Shown here in pieces: positions 49,248 to 59,114 of a stretch of DNA of 64,000 nucleotides. The DNA comes from an uncultured Pseudomonadota bacterium (GTDB lineage: Bacteria; Oederibacteriota; Muellerivitia; Muellerivitales; Muellerivitaceae), in contig CAWJKT010000010.1 of NCBI GenBank assembly GCA_963843375.1, positions 96,001-160,000 of the forward strand. Reading direction: 5' to 3'. The notes under the pieces were generated by a model. The model ran no database searches. It saw nothing but the letters and a program-made list of their open reading frames with translations, and was not told where the DNA came from. The position numbers were made by a program, and so were the translations under genes. How positions within the stretch are numbered: the stretch's first letter is position 1; every line of letters starts with the position of its first letter.

Positions 49248-50621
49248 TTGAAAAGCTTAAATAAGTACTCATCCGATTTTTTACCTGTACTTGGGCGGTT
49301 TTACCGCCCAAGTACACGACTTCTGCTATTGCCAGTCCTGACGGCTGTTTTCTTCATTTCACCCTGTTTTATTTCGGGTCTTTGGGCCGACTCGATGATG
49401 GACAAAATGATGCCTTCCATGAAAGAAGACGGCATCCTTTTGAATCCTACCCCAGACTTAGGTGGGATGGAACTGATGGACGTGGATATGCAGATGGTCA
49501 TGCCCTTCGCCTTGCCCCACATGCCCATGAGCATGCTGATGCTTCACGGCTATGGTTTTGGGGAATGGATCACGGAAGACGGTGCCCGTGGCCGTACGGC
49601 TTTTTCAGGACCCGACATGTTCATGGCCGATCTTGGAACGACCCTGGATGACCATCAATACCTCAACTTGGACTTAATGCTGACCAGCGACCTTTGGGCT
49701 GTGCCTGCCGCAGGAATCCCCGAACTCCTGCAAATCGGCGAGGACCAGGCCAACGGCCAGCCTTTTATCGACGCTCAGCACCCACACAGTTCACCCATCA
49801 TGGGCTTAACTCTCAGCGACACCTTTACCTTGGACGCAAGTGATAAAAGTGCCCTTAAATTATTCGTTGCGCCCCGGGGCGAAAGTACCGACGGGCCAAT
49901 CGCTTTTATGCACCGGATTACAGGCATGGTTAATCCTGACGTGCCTTTGGGACACCATATCGGCCAAGACGTAGGTCACATTACGAGCACCGTTTTGGGC
50001 GAGTCGCTAAAACTGGGTAGCTTCCATATCGAGTCCTCGGTTTTTAACGGTTCGGAACCCAACCCTACTCAGGTGGACCTACCCATCGGCCCGATCAACT
50101 CAGTGGCAGTCCGGGGCATTGAGGAATTTGCACCGAACATCATGCTCATGGCTTCTTACGCCTGGGTGGGTACGCCCGAGCCGGGCATCGCCAATGACCA
50201 GCGCTATTCCGCCTCCCTTTACACGCACACCCTACTTAGCGACACATGGACTTTTCATAACACACTTATCTATGGGGGTATTACCAATATCGACCACGTA
50301 TTCCAGTTGAGTTCTTTTTTGGATGAGTTTTTATTCAGTAACACTGTGGAAGACATATTCGCGCGCGTCGAAGTACTTCAACGCACACCGAATCAATTGG
50401 ATATCCCCGACATTCCTAACGGCAATACGGGCCAATGGGTGAGCGCTTTGACGTTGGGGTACAGCCATCAGCTTGAGGCCTGGGATGGATGGGAATTGAG
50501 GGCGGGATTTTCCGTGACCAACGACCAGCTTCCCGTGGACTATCAGGCATCTTATTCAGGAAACCCCTTTACCTATAAAGTGTTCTTCCAGTTGGGAGGC
50601 ACCCAGTCTTATCAGCTTTAA
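49248..50621 (+). CDS. Exported Met/His-rich protein, probable outer-membrane beta-barrel (metal-related?)
   Basis: Signal-like segment then DSMMDKMMPSM..MELMDVDMQMVMP..HMPMSMLM; QHPH, PLGHH..GH; amphipathic beta pattern in the C-terminal half. Confidence 0.65.
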   Translation: MKSLNKYSSDFLPVLGRFYRPSTRLLLLPVLTAVFFISPCFISGLWADSMMDKMMPSMKEDGILLNPTPDLGGMELMDVDMQMVMPFALPHMPMSMLMLHGYGFGEWITEDGARGRTAFSGPDMFMADLGTTLDDHQYLNLDLMLTSDLWAVPAAGIPELLQIGEDQANGQPFIDAQHPHSSPIMGLTLSDTFTLDASDKSALKLFVAPRGESTDGPIAFMHRITGMVNPDVPLGHHIGQDVGHITSTVLGESLKLGSFHIESSVFNGSEPNPTQVDLPIGPINSVAVRGIEEFAPNIMLMASYAWVGTPEPGIANDQRYSASLYTHTLLSDTWTFHNTLIYGGITNIDHVFQLSSFLDEFLFSNTVEDIFARVEVLQRTPNQLDIPDIPNGNTGQWVSALTLGYSHQLEAWDGWELRAGFSVTNDQLPVDYQASYSGNPFTYKVFFQLGGTQSYQL

Positions 50622-50662
50622 GCGAGCAGTGATTTTAAATAAATAAAAAAAGGGAGCGGAAA

Positions 50663-51031
50663 ATGAAAAAGGCAATGATGATTTTGTTGGCGGCGACGTT
50701 GATGGTTTTAGCGAGCGTTAAATTATGGGCTCATGGAGATGATAAAACATCCGATCAAAACTTGACAGGGGAAGTGGTCTGCCTTAACTGCTATTTGGCG
50801 CATGGGGGACAAGGGAATGTCCATGTCAAATGCGCGAAACAATGTTTTGTCAAGGGTTTGCCGGTTGGTTTGAAAGTCGGGGAAAAACTTTATTTGTTGG
50901 TGGGGGAAAAACACGGAACCGCCAATAAGATGATGGCTCCCTATGCCGGGAAACAGGTTACGGTTTCCGGCCATCTTTTTGAGCAAGAGGGAATGAGTAT
51001 GTTCGAGGTTGAAAAAGTTAAAAAAAATTAA
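50663..51031 (+). CDS. Secreted Cys/His-containing small protein
   Basis: Signal peptide ending WA-H; CLNCY..H....H.KCAKQC..G.PVG; OB-like VTVSG. Confidence 0.75.
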   Translation: MKKAMMILLAATLMVLASVKLWAHGDDKTSDQNLTGEVVCLNCYLAHGGQGNVHVKCAKQCFVKGLPVGLKVGEKLYLLVGEKHGTANKMMAPYAGKQVTVSGHLFEQEGMSMFEVEKVKKN

Positions 51032-51099
51032 GGCTATTGCTGAATAATATTTTTGTACCTTAAAGTAAAGTTTAATTTTTTCTGATTATTGGTTATTAT

Positions 51100-51981
51100 T
51101 TGGCCGTGACCCGCTACTTTACCAACAAACAACTATTAAACCCTCCCATCAAACGTGCAGCCTATTCGGATCGCACCGCCTGGATCATGTCACAATGCTC
51201 CGAATTGGCCTATGTAGAAGAACCTGTTTTGTTGAAGAAGAACTTGGCTGAAGGGGATTTCACCCTTCTCAAAACATTCGTCTACCAACCCAAGCGCATG
51301 AACGCCTACCTGGCCCTATCTATCAAGCACAAGTTGTCCGTATTAGCTTTTAAGGGCACTGTACCTTCCGAATGGCCCACGGTTCAGGTTGATTTGGATT
51401 TTCGCTATTACCACACGAAAAATGGGGTTTTTCACCAGGGATTTTATGATGCTTTCAAAGCTATGGAAAAACCCATCAACCGAAACCTAGGGTTAGTGCG
51501 GGGACTGCCCATTTACATTACCGGACATAGTCTTGGAGGCGCATTGGCGACCATGGCGGCCATGAACCTGACCGAAACCGACCGAGTGGCAGCCTGTTAC
51601 ACTTTCGGTGCGCCCCGCATTTGCGACCTGAAAACCATCATCCATTTTTACAAAATACCCATTTATCGGGTGGTCCATGCCGACGATATTGTACCGTCCC
51701 TGCCGCCGCCTTCAATGTTCGGAGGCTATGCCCAGATCGGCGACCTACGCTATATTACCGATAATTTCGAGTTGATCCCCGGTAGCGCGGCGGTTTGGTT
51801 GCGCTTATGGCTTCAAATTAAAAGCTTCCTCCTCTTGCGTTGGAAGAATTCTATTGCGGATCACATGATCGACTTTTATGCAAAGATTCTGCAAAGGATT
51901 GCCGAGGACAGAGAAGAACGTCGACTGCGCCATAAATTCGGGAAATTGGCTTCAAATATATTTGCAGCAACTAAAAAATAG
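51100..51981 (+). CDS. Lipase class 3 family protein
   Basis: AFKGT, HQGF, GHSLGGALA, TFGAPR, DIVPSLP, DH. Confidence 0.92.
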   Translation: MAVTRYFTNKQLLNPPIKRAAYSDRTAWIMSQCSELAYVEEPVLLKKNLAEGDFTLLKTFVYQPKRMNAYLALSIKHKLSVLAFKGTVPSEWPTVQVDLDFRYYHTKNGVFHQGFYDAFKAMEKPINRNLGLVRGLPIYITGHSLGGALATMAAMNLTETDRVAACYTFGAPRICDLKTIIHFYKIPIYRVVHADDIVPSLPPPSMFGGYAQIGDLRYITDNFELIPGSAAVWLRLWLQIKSFLLLRWKNSIADHMIDFYAKILQRIAEDREERRLRHKFGKLASNIFAATKK

Positions 51982-52020
51982 ATTCCAACGTTCCAATTAG
52001 ATCGCGAGAAGTTTCTCAAA

Positions 52021-52060
52021 GAAAAAGCCGTGGATTGTTAGATCCCGGCCTTTTTTGTTT
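52021..52060. terminator. Terminator between convergent lipase and gpx
   Basis: AAAAAGCCG-TGGAT..ATCC-CGGCC-TTTTTT imperfect hairpin. Confidence 0.55.
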
Positions 52061-52074
52061 AAAGATTTTTAAAA

Positions 52075-52641
52075 TTATTTTGAAACGGCAGCCTGGATGT
52101 CAGCGTCGAAATCTTCTGGTTCAATTTTCGTAACGATCCTTTTTATGGGATGGCCATCCCGGTCGATCAGGAATTTTGTGAAATTCCATCCGATGTCCAG
52201 TTTTCCATCCGGGTCCGGTTCCGAGGTTTTAAGGAACTTGTAAAGAGGATTGGCATTGTCCCCGTTGACTTCAATCTTATCGAAGAGAGGGAATGTCACG
52301 TTGTATTTGCTGGTGCAAAAGGTCTTAATTTCTGCGTCCGTTCCCGGTTCCTGTTCCTTGAATTGGTTGCAGGGGAATCCCAGGATGGCAAAGCCTTTTC
52401 CCTTATACTTCTCATATAGCTTTTCCAAACCGGTATATTGTGGTGTATGGCCGCATTTGCTGGCAACGTTTACGATAAGCAAAACCTTTCCCTTGTATTT
52501 GGAAAGGGGAACCGTATTACCATCGATATCCTTCATCTTGAACGAATAAACCGTGTCGGATTTCGTTTCGTCGGCCAAAATGGCGGAAACCGATAGGCAG
52601 ACAAGTAACGCTCCAAGAATCATTCCAAAACATTTCTTCAT
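52075..52641 (-). CDS. Glutathione peroxidase family protein (Cys type, signal peptide)
   Basis: NVASKCG, GFPCNQF, WNFTKFL. Confidence 0.95.
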   Translation of the reverse strand: MKKCFGMILGALLVCLSVSAILADETKSDTVYSFKMKDIDGNTVPLSKYKGKVLLIVNVASKCGHTPQYTGLEKLYEKYKGKGFAILGFPCNQFKEQEPGTDAEIKTFCTSKYNVTFPLFDKIEVNGDNANPLYKFLKTSEPDPDGKLDIGWNFTKFLIDRDGHPIKRIVTKIEPEDFDADIQAAVSK

Positions 52642-52923
52642 AATATTGCCCCCTATCCAATGGTTGATTTCATTATTACGCCATGGGTTCATGAAAAAAT
52701 CTAGAGGGGTTGTTGATTTTAGGTGATCCCCTTGAACCGAAATGTAAATGGTTTCACATAATTTTACCTTTAATTGACTTTCAAGTTTCAGGATTATTAA
52801 TACAATGCTTAGAAAAGGTCATTTATTGTCGGTAGAATTTCGATACTTTCGTCAAAACGACACTCGCCTGATTAATGAATCGTCTAAAGCTTACTATCAA
52901 CATTTCACTTAGATCAGGATAAT

Positions 52924-53388
52924 ATGGTCGGCGAATCAACTGAAGACTCAAAACCGGTGAGTATTCTCCTGGTTGAGGACGACCTAGGCGATGTCAAATT
53001 AACGATGGAGGCTTTCAAGGCTTTCCATGTTCCTTTGAAGGTATCACGGGTTCGGGATGGGGAAGAAGCGGTCAACTACTTGCGCAAAAAAGGAGAGTTT
53101 CAGGAAGCGCCCAGGCCCGATCTGATCTTCCTCGATCTGAAAATGCCGAAGAAAAACGGGTTTGAGGTGCTTTCCGATATCAAAAACGACACTAACCTGG
53201 AAGCCATACCTGTGATGATTCTATCTGGTTCCAGATCACCCGAAGATATTCAAGCCGCTTACGAGGCCAAGGCCAATTTTTACATCACGAAACCCGCCAA
53301 AGTTGATGAGTTTTTTGCTGCAATGAACTATGTCGAGGAGTTCTGGCTTAAGAAGCGGGAATTTGCCCCCGAAAAAGATTCGGTTTAA
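52924..53388 (+). CDS. Single-domain response regulator (Rcp1/CheY-like)
   Basis: LLVEDD, PDLIFLDLKMPKKNG, YITKP. Confidence 0.93.
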   Translation: MVGESTEDSKPVSILLVEDDLGDVKLTMEAFKAFHVPLKVSRVRDGEEAVNYLRKKGEFQEAPRPDLIFLDLKMPKKNGFEVLSDIKNDTNLEAIPVMILSGSRSPEDIQAAYEAKANFYITKPAKVDEFFAAMNYVEEFWLKKREFAPEKDSV

Positions 53389-53399
53389 AAAAGGCCACT

Positions 53400-54587
53400 T
53401 TAAACGGCTTGTCCGGCGGCCCATCCTGAGGCCCATGCCCATTGGAAATTGTATCCACCTAATTGGCCCGTGACATCCACTACCTCACCTATGAAATAGA
53501 GCCCAGGCACTTTTTTGCATTCCATTGTCTTGGATGAGAGTTCGTCCGTATCCACCCCCCCCTTGGTGACCTCGGCTTTCGAATAACCAATCGTCGCCTC
53601 CGGAATGAATGTGTAATCTTGAATTTTCTTGCAAAAATCTTCGAGTTTTTTATCCGTAAGTTTATCGATAACTGTACCCGGGGTAAGTTCCAATTCGCAA
53701 AGCCGCTCTGCCAAACGTTGGGGTAGCCATTCTTTCAAAAGCGTCTTGATCTCGACCTTTGAGCCACCTTTTTTGTGATTCAGAAACCATCGGACCAGCT
53801 TTTCAAGGCTTTGGCTGGGAATAAAGTTGATTTTTAAAGTATTGTCCCTATTCCAATAGAGGGAAGCCTGTAAGGCGGCGGGACCGCTTAAGCCGGTGTG
53901 AGTGAAAAGGATATTTTCCCGGAAAGAGACCTTGCCGCAGGTTATTTGGGCGTCTGTTGAAACCCCTGTCAGATCCCCGAATTTTTTCAAGTCGTTGGCC
54001 TTAAACCGGAAACCATCCAGGGCGGGAAAGGGCAAAACTATTTTTAAACCGAACTGTCGAGCGAGGTCATAACCGAACCCAGTGGCCCCGATTTTGGGGA
54101 TGGAAAGCCCTCCTGTGGCGACGACCAGGGAATCAGAGGTAAATTCCTCCTTATCGCTTTTGACTTCAAATTTGCCGTTTTTCGATACCGAAGCGATCTG
54201 TTGGTTTAAATAAACCTGGACACCCGCCTTGTGGCATTCCTCTTCCAACATTCCCACAATATCCTTGGCCGAACGGTCGCAAAATAGCTGCCCTAGTTTC
54301 TTTTCGTGATAGGGGATTTGGTGGGCTTTCACCATTTCAATGAAATCCTGGGGAATGTAACGGGAGAGGGCCGATTTGGAGAAATGAGGATTCTGGGAGA
54401 CGTAGTTTTCAGGCCCGATGTTCATATTTGTGAAATTACAGCGCCCACCTCCCGATATAAGGATTTTGGCCCCCACCTTTGGGGAATGGTCTAAGAGGAC
54501 CACCTGGCGGCCCCTTTTGCCTGCCTCGATGGCACACATCAGTCCTGCTCCTCCGGCACCGATAATGATGACGTCAAAGTTTTTCAT
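53400..54587 (-). CDS. NAD(P)/FAD-dependent oxidoreductase (HI0933/YhiN family)
   Basis: IGAGGAG, KILISGGGRCNFTN, GGLSIP, VTKGGV, GGYNFQWAWASG. Confidence 0.93.
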   Translation of the reverse strand: MKNFDVIIIGAGGAGLMCAIEAGKRGRQVVLLDHSPKVGAKILISGGGRCNFTNMNIGPENYVSQNPHFSKSALSRYIPQDFIEMVKAHQIPYHEKKLGQLFCDRSAKDIVGMLEEECHKAGVQVYLNQQIASVSKNGKFEVKSDKEEFTSDSLVVATGGLSIPKIGATGFGYDLARQFGLKIVLPFPALDGFRFKANDLKKFGDLTGVSTDAQITCGKVSFRENILFTHTGLSGPAALQASLYWNRDNTLKINFIPSQSLEKLVRWFLNHKKGGSKVEIKTLLKEWLPQRLAERLCELELTPGTVIDKLTDKKLEDFCKKIQDYTFIPEATIGYSKAEVTKGGVDTDELSSKTMECKKVPGLYFIGEVVDVTGQLGGYNFQWAWASGWAAGQAV

Positions 54588-54693
54588 GCCGAAAGTTTAG
54601 CAGGCAATTTAAGTGGAATCGTTAATAATCCTGTACTTAAAGAGGAGGTTTGCCAATTTAGAAAAATGACCTCGAGGATGTTAAAGAAATACT

Positions 54694-55887
54694 TTAACGG
54701 ACTTGGCTTAAAACCTTCAGCAAGACGGTACCATGGGGGGGCACCGAAACGGTATAGCTGTCATTAAAAATCCCGAGGTCTTGGTGGTTCCAAAGATCCC
54801 GAACTGAAGCCGGACCAGGGGGTAGCCCCAGGTCGCTCCATTTAGCTGTAATGGAAGAAGTGCCAGTCGAGCGATTTAGAAGGGCCACAGCTCGGCTATT
54901 GGGGCCTTCCAGTACTTTGGAATAGACATTAGAACCCTGACCATCATCCGCCACACGGACACCCTGCAATCCCCAGGGGTCCTGGTCTACGGCAATGACT
55001 TCCCGGTTCAGTAAAATATCAGCGGTTTGCGGGGACATGGTTCGCAGATCGTTTCCAGCAATAAGAGGCGCGGCCATGATCGCCCATAAGCTGAAATGGG
55101 TGCGGTATTCGGTGTCGGTCATGCCTCCATTTCCGATTTCCAGCATATCCGGGTCGTTCCAAGCACCAGGACGAGCATATGAAGCAACTTGTTCGTTGTT
55201 GTCGAAAGCGCCAATCATGGAACCCCAATCATCATGAATGTCCCCGCCAGTCCGCCATAAATTGCCGGTTTCGGGCATCCAATTAAGGAAGCCCCAGGCG
55301 CAAATGCTGAATACAATAGGCCGACCCGCAGCCGTTAGGGCGTCCCGCATTTTTTTATAATCTCTGGCTTGGTTCGAAAAGAAAGGAGGATTGCAGTTGT
55401 CGTATTTCAGGTAATCCACACCCCAATCGGCAAAATCTTTCGCATCCACGGTTTCATACCCATAAGAGCCCGCTTTGCCTTGGCAGGTCGCATTTCCACG
55501 GTCCGAATAAAGCCCAAGTTTAAGTCCCTTGGAATGGATAAAGTCCGCCAGCCCTTTAATACCCTCGGGGAAAGCGGACGGATCCGCCTTTAAATGACCG
55601 TCTTCACGGTTTGGAAGTTCCCAACAATCGTCAATATTGACATATTGGTACCCTGCGTCTTTCATGCCGTTAGTAACCATGGCGTCCGCGATTTCTCGGA
55701 TAAGCTTGTCGCTGACCACACATTGGAACTTATTCCAGGAATTCCATCCCATGGGAGGGGTAATGGCTAATTCATTTCGGTAAGAAGGACTTGATTGGGA
55801 GTTGGTGGAGCTATTAGTTCCACAACCAAACTCCGACAAGACAATTGTTAGAAAAAGGCATAAACTCAAAAATAGTGTTCGTTTCAC
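54694..55887 (-). CDS. Alpha-galactosidase (GH27), probable lipoprotein
   Basis: TPPMGWNSWN, NIDDCW, YLKYDNC, WNDPDML; lipobox-like FGC. Start is GTG 55887 or ATG 55914. Confidence 0.92.
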   Translation of the reverse strand: MKRTLFLSLCLFLTIVLSEFGCGTNSSTNSQSSPSYRNELAITPPMGWNSWNKFQCVVSDKLIREIADAMVTNGMKDAGYQYVNIDDCWELPNREDGHLKADPSAFPEGIKGLADFIHSKGLKLGLYSDRGNATCQGKAGSYGYETVDAKDFADWGVDYLKYDNCNPPFFSNQARDYKKMRDALTAAGRPIVFSICAWGFLNWMPETGNLWRTGGDIHDDWGSMIGAFDNNEQVASYARPGAWNDPDMLEIGNGGMTDTEYRTHFSLWAIMAAPLIAGNDLRTMSPQTADILLNREVIAVDQDPWGLQGVRVADDGQGSNVYSKVLEGPNSRAVALLNRSTGTSSITAKWSDLGLPPGPASVRDLWNHQDLGIFNDSYTVSVPPHGTVLLKVLSQVR

Positions 55888-55948
55888 GGGCCTTATTGTA
55901 ACCAATCCTTTCATTGATAATTTATTTTCTCCAAAATATATTGGGTCC

Positions 55949-57664
55949 ATGCTTCGACAGCTTTCCATTAAGAATTTCGCCATTGTCCAGTCGGTCACCA
56001 TGGAATTCGGCCCGGGTTTTAACGTCCTCACGGGGGAAACCGGCGCGGGAAAATCCTTGATCGTGGACGCACTTTATTTCCTTCTGGGAGACCGGATGAA
56101 TGCGGATATGCTTCGCGCCGGGGAAGATCGGGCTGTTGTGGAAGCTCTTTTTCAACTGCCCTTGAAAAGTTCCACCTTTAAAAAACTATCGGAATGGGGC
56201 ATCGACGCCAGCCATGGGGAATTGCTCATCAAAAGAGAATTCAACCGTTCTTCCGGAAAAACCCGTAGTTTCGTAAATGGGGAAATGGCAACCGCTTCCA
56301 TGGTTTCCGAACTGGGGGATTGGCTGGTGGATATCCATGGCCAGCATGAACACCAAGCGATCTTCAATGTGGGTCGACACCGCCAATTGATCGATTCCTT
56401 CGGGCATCTTGAAAAACCGCTGGAAAAAACAAACAGTGCCTATGAAATTCTTGCGGGTTTGTTGGTTGAACAATCCCGTCTTGGCGGGGATTCCCGGGAA
56501 ATCGCCCGCCGGACTGATCTTCTCCAGTTTCAAGTACAGGAAATCGAGGCCTCGGGCGTGGAATCCCTGAACGAGGAAGAACTCCTAAAAAAATACCAGT
56601 TAATGAAACACGCGGAAAAGATCACGAAATACCTGACCGAAGCCCAAGGATTATTGGACGAGGAAGGCGCTGGCGGCGCTACGGGACTTTTTGGAACCGC
56701 GGTGTCCCGCTTGATGGATTCGGCAAAACTGGATCCGGATTTGGGGAAAATGGTTGAAGTCTCCAAAGCAGCGCAGGAAAGCCTGAACCAAATCTCTTTT
56801 GATATTGCCCAAAAGTTGGAGTCTTATTCTTTTAGCGAGACGGAATTCCAGGAATTATCAGATCGAGTCGATGGACTGAATTCCTTGAAAAAGAAGTACG
56901 GTGATTCGGTGGGGGAAATCGTGAAGTACCTCGGCCAAATCCGAGAGGAACTGAAGAACCTGGAAGACCGGGAAGGACGGTTGGGAGCCCTTGCAAATGA
57001 AATTGAAAAGGCGGCGGAACAATATCGCCTGGCTTCAAGCCAATTAAGCTCGAAGAGGGCGCAATCCGGCACCGAACTGGCGGACCAAGTCCAAATCACA
57101 CTCAAGGAATTAGGCTTGACCCACGCCCAAATGGGGGTCCAGTTGACGCCTTTGGAAGAGTCCAACAGCCCGGTCATCGAAAAAGGAAAGCGGCTTCACC
57201 TTTCCCCGATGGGTTGGGACAAAGTAGAATTTCTTTTTTCGGCTAATCCGGGCGAACCGCTTCGGCCTCTGGCAAAGGTCGCCTCGGGCGGCGAAGCTTC
57301 ACGGGTAATGTTGGCCCTGAAAACGGTTCTTACCGAGAGTGATGAGGTGCCGACGCTTATATTTGACGAGATTGACACGGGTGTTGGCGCCAGAACTGCC
57401 CCCACCGTAGCCAGATTGTTGAATCATTTAGCCGCTTCCAAGCAGGTTTTATGCATCTCCCACCTGGCACCCATCGCTGGATTGGGAGAAAATCACTTCC
57501 AAGTCCTCAAAGAAATCATCGATTCGAAAACCTCGGTAACTGTCAACCGTTTAACGGAAAACGCCCGAATCGATGAATTGGCCAAAATGTTGGGCGGGGA
57601 ACCCATTTCCGAAACTTCCCGTACCCATGCCAAAGAACTCTATGCTAGAATGCGCGTCAAATGA
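55949..57664 (+). CDS. recN: DNA repair protein RecN
   Basis: GETGAGKS, IHGQHE, SGGEASR, FDEIDTG, ISH. Confidence 0.97.
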   Translation: MLRQLSIKNFAIVQSVTMEFGPGFNVLTGETGAGKSLIVDALYFLLGDRMNADMLRAGEDRAVVEALFQLPLKSSTFKKLSEWGIDASHGELLIKREFNRSSGKTRSFVNGEMATASMVSELGDWLVDIHGQHEHQAIFNVGRHRQLIDSFGHLEKPLEKTNSAYEILAGLLVEQSRLGGDSREIARRTDLLQFQVQEIEASGVESLNEEELLKKYQLMKHAEKITKYLTEAQGLLDEEGAGGATGLFGTAVSRLMDSAKLDPDLGKMVEVSKAAQESLNQISFDIAQKLESYSFSETEFQELSDRVDGLNSLKKKYGDSVGEIVKYLGQIREELKNLEDREGRLGALANEIEKAAEQYRLASSQLSSKRAQSGTELADQVQITLKELGLTHAQMGVQLTPLEESNSPVIEKGKRLHLSPMGWDKVEFLFSANPGEPLRPLAKVASGGEASRVMLALKTVLTESDEVPTLIFDEIDTGVGARTAPTVARLLNHLAASKQVLCISHLAPIAGLGENHFQVLKEIIDSKTSVTVNRLTENARIDELAKMLGGEPISETSRTHAKELYARMRVK

Positions 57665-57717
57665 GGGTGCCTGCCTGAGATAGGCCCTTGAACAAATGAA
57701 AATTCGGAGGATTTAAT

Positions 57718-58569
57718 ATGAAGTTTTGGAGCCGATTTGTTGGCACTAGTTTGATTTTCGCCTTGGCCTTGAGCTTTGGAACCGCGAATGCGGCAGCGAA
57801 GAAGAAAAAGAAAATGGAAAAAGAGGTTGTCCACCACGCGAGGGTGGAAAGACCTCATCCCATTGAAGGGGCTGATTTGAACGGCCGTCCGGGTTATTTT
57901 TTCGCGGACACAGCAAATACGCCTAACCAAGGCCAAATCATGGGAGCCGCCCACGTATGGTTCGATTCGGCTTTCAACGGACTCAGCATTCCTTTTGGCG
58001 GAGCTTATGGAATAACCGATCAGATTCAGGTCCATGCCAGCAGTTCTTTTTATGCCGCAGGGGGGCTCAGTGGATTGAATTTCCTGACTTTCGGCGGGAA
58101 GTATGGCTTCAAGCATGTCGCCCCGGGCCTGAATATCGCCGCAGGGTTGGATCTTTCAATAGGGCCATTATATGTTGCGAACGCAAGTGCGTTAGGTTTT
58201 GATCCTTATGGAATCGTCACTTATACCTTCATAGACGGGCTTCAGTTGAACGGCCAATTGGGCGTATTCGTTCCGGGCGGAAGGAGCTATGCGAATCCTC
58301 TCTACGGAATCATACCAAACCAACCACAAAATATTTCTTTAACGCCTCCAGCTTATCTTCAATTTAATGCGGGGGCAGCCTATCCCTTTGATCCAGATTT
58401 GACTGGAATTGCTGAACTTGCGGTTAATGGAGAAGGGAACGCTGCTACTCCTTTAATCGTTGGTCTTCGCACAGGACATGACGTGCAACTTCAAGCCTTC
58501 GGCGGGTTGGACTTAGCCGGACAAGTCGGCGTTTTAATCGGTGGTGGCGTCGCTCTTTTTTCAAAGTAA
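57718..58569 (+). CDS. Exported hypothetical protein, probable outer-membrane beta-barrel
   Basis: Signal peptide ending ANA, Gly/aromatic alternating strands, GGAGG SD. Confidence 0.65.
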   Translation: MKFWSRFVGTSLIFALALSFGTANAAAKKKKKMEKEVVHHARVERPHPIEGADLNGRPGYFFADTANTPNQGQIMGAAHVWFDSAFNGLSIPFGGAYGITDQIQVHASSSFYAAGGLSGLNFLTFGGKYGFKHVAPGLNIAAGLDLSIGPLYVANASALGFDPYGIVTYTFIDGLQLNGQLGVFVPGGRSYANPLYGIIPNQPQNISLTPPAYLQFNAGAAYPFDPDLTGIAELAVNGEGNAATPLIVGLRTGHDVQLQAFGGLDLAGQVGVLIGGGVALFSK

Positions 58570-58579
58570 TAGATCCCTT

Positions 58580-58620
58580 AAAAAAGCTGGTTCCTCTTGG
58601 ATTGGGGAGCCAGCTTTTTT
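58580..58620. terminator. Intrinsic terminator (A- and T-tracts on either side)
   Basis: AAAAAAGCTGGTTCCTC-N7-GGGGAGCCAGCTTTTTT. Confidence 0.8.
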
Positions 58621-58634
58621 ATTATCAGGACACC

Positions 58635-59114
58635 ATGAACCCATTAACCTACCGGAGGGCTAGGCCTTCCGATACAAGGTCCATTCTCAATCTGATCAAC
58701 CATTACTCCGCCAAAGGATTGATGTTGCCCCGATCTTTTTCCCAGGTGATTGAAAAGGTAAGGGATTTCACAGTGGCGGTCGAGGAAACCCATTCCCAAC
58801 CCCTCAAAGGGGTCGTCGCCCTTCATGTCGTCGGAGAAGACCTCGCCGAAGTCCGGTCCCTGGCCGTTGAGGAGGCGCTACAAGGACAAGGTATTGGCAG
58901 GAAACTACTCCAACATTGTTTTGACGATGCCAAGGAATTGCGCCTTCAAAGAGTTTTTACCCTCACGTATCAAACCGAGTTTTTCTCAAAATTGGGTTTC
59001 GCCAAGGTCGAAAAATTAACCTTACCTCAAAAAATTTGGGGTGATTGCGTCCATTGCGCCAAGTTTTCCGATTGCGATGAAATAGCCATGTTGCTTAACA
59101 TATCGAAATCATGA
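58635..59114 (+). CDS. N-acetyltransferase, short ArgA-like (amino-acid acetyltransferase)
   Basis: MLPRS, LAEVRSLAV, GIG, FTLT, LPQKIWGDCVHC..F..CDE. Confidence 0.85.
   Translation: MNPLTYRRARPSDTRSILNLINHYSAKGLMLPRSFSQVIEKVRDFTVAVEETHSQPLKGVVALHVVGEDLAEVRSLAVEEALQGQGIGRKLLQHCFDDAKELRLQRVFTLTYQTEFFSKLGFAKVEKLTLPQKIWGDCVHCAKFSDCDEIAMLLNISKS

Noticed and set aside
52075..52641. Selenocysteine glutathione peroxidase
   Set aside because: The active-site residue is Cys (TGC) and the ORF has no in-frame TGA.
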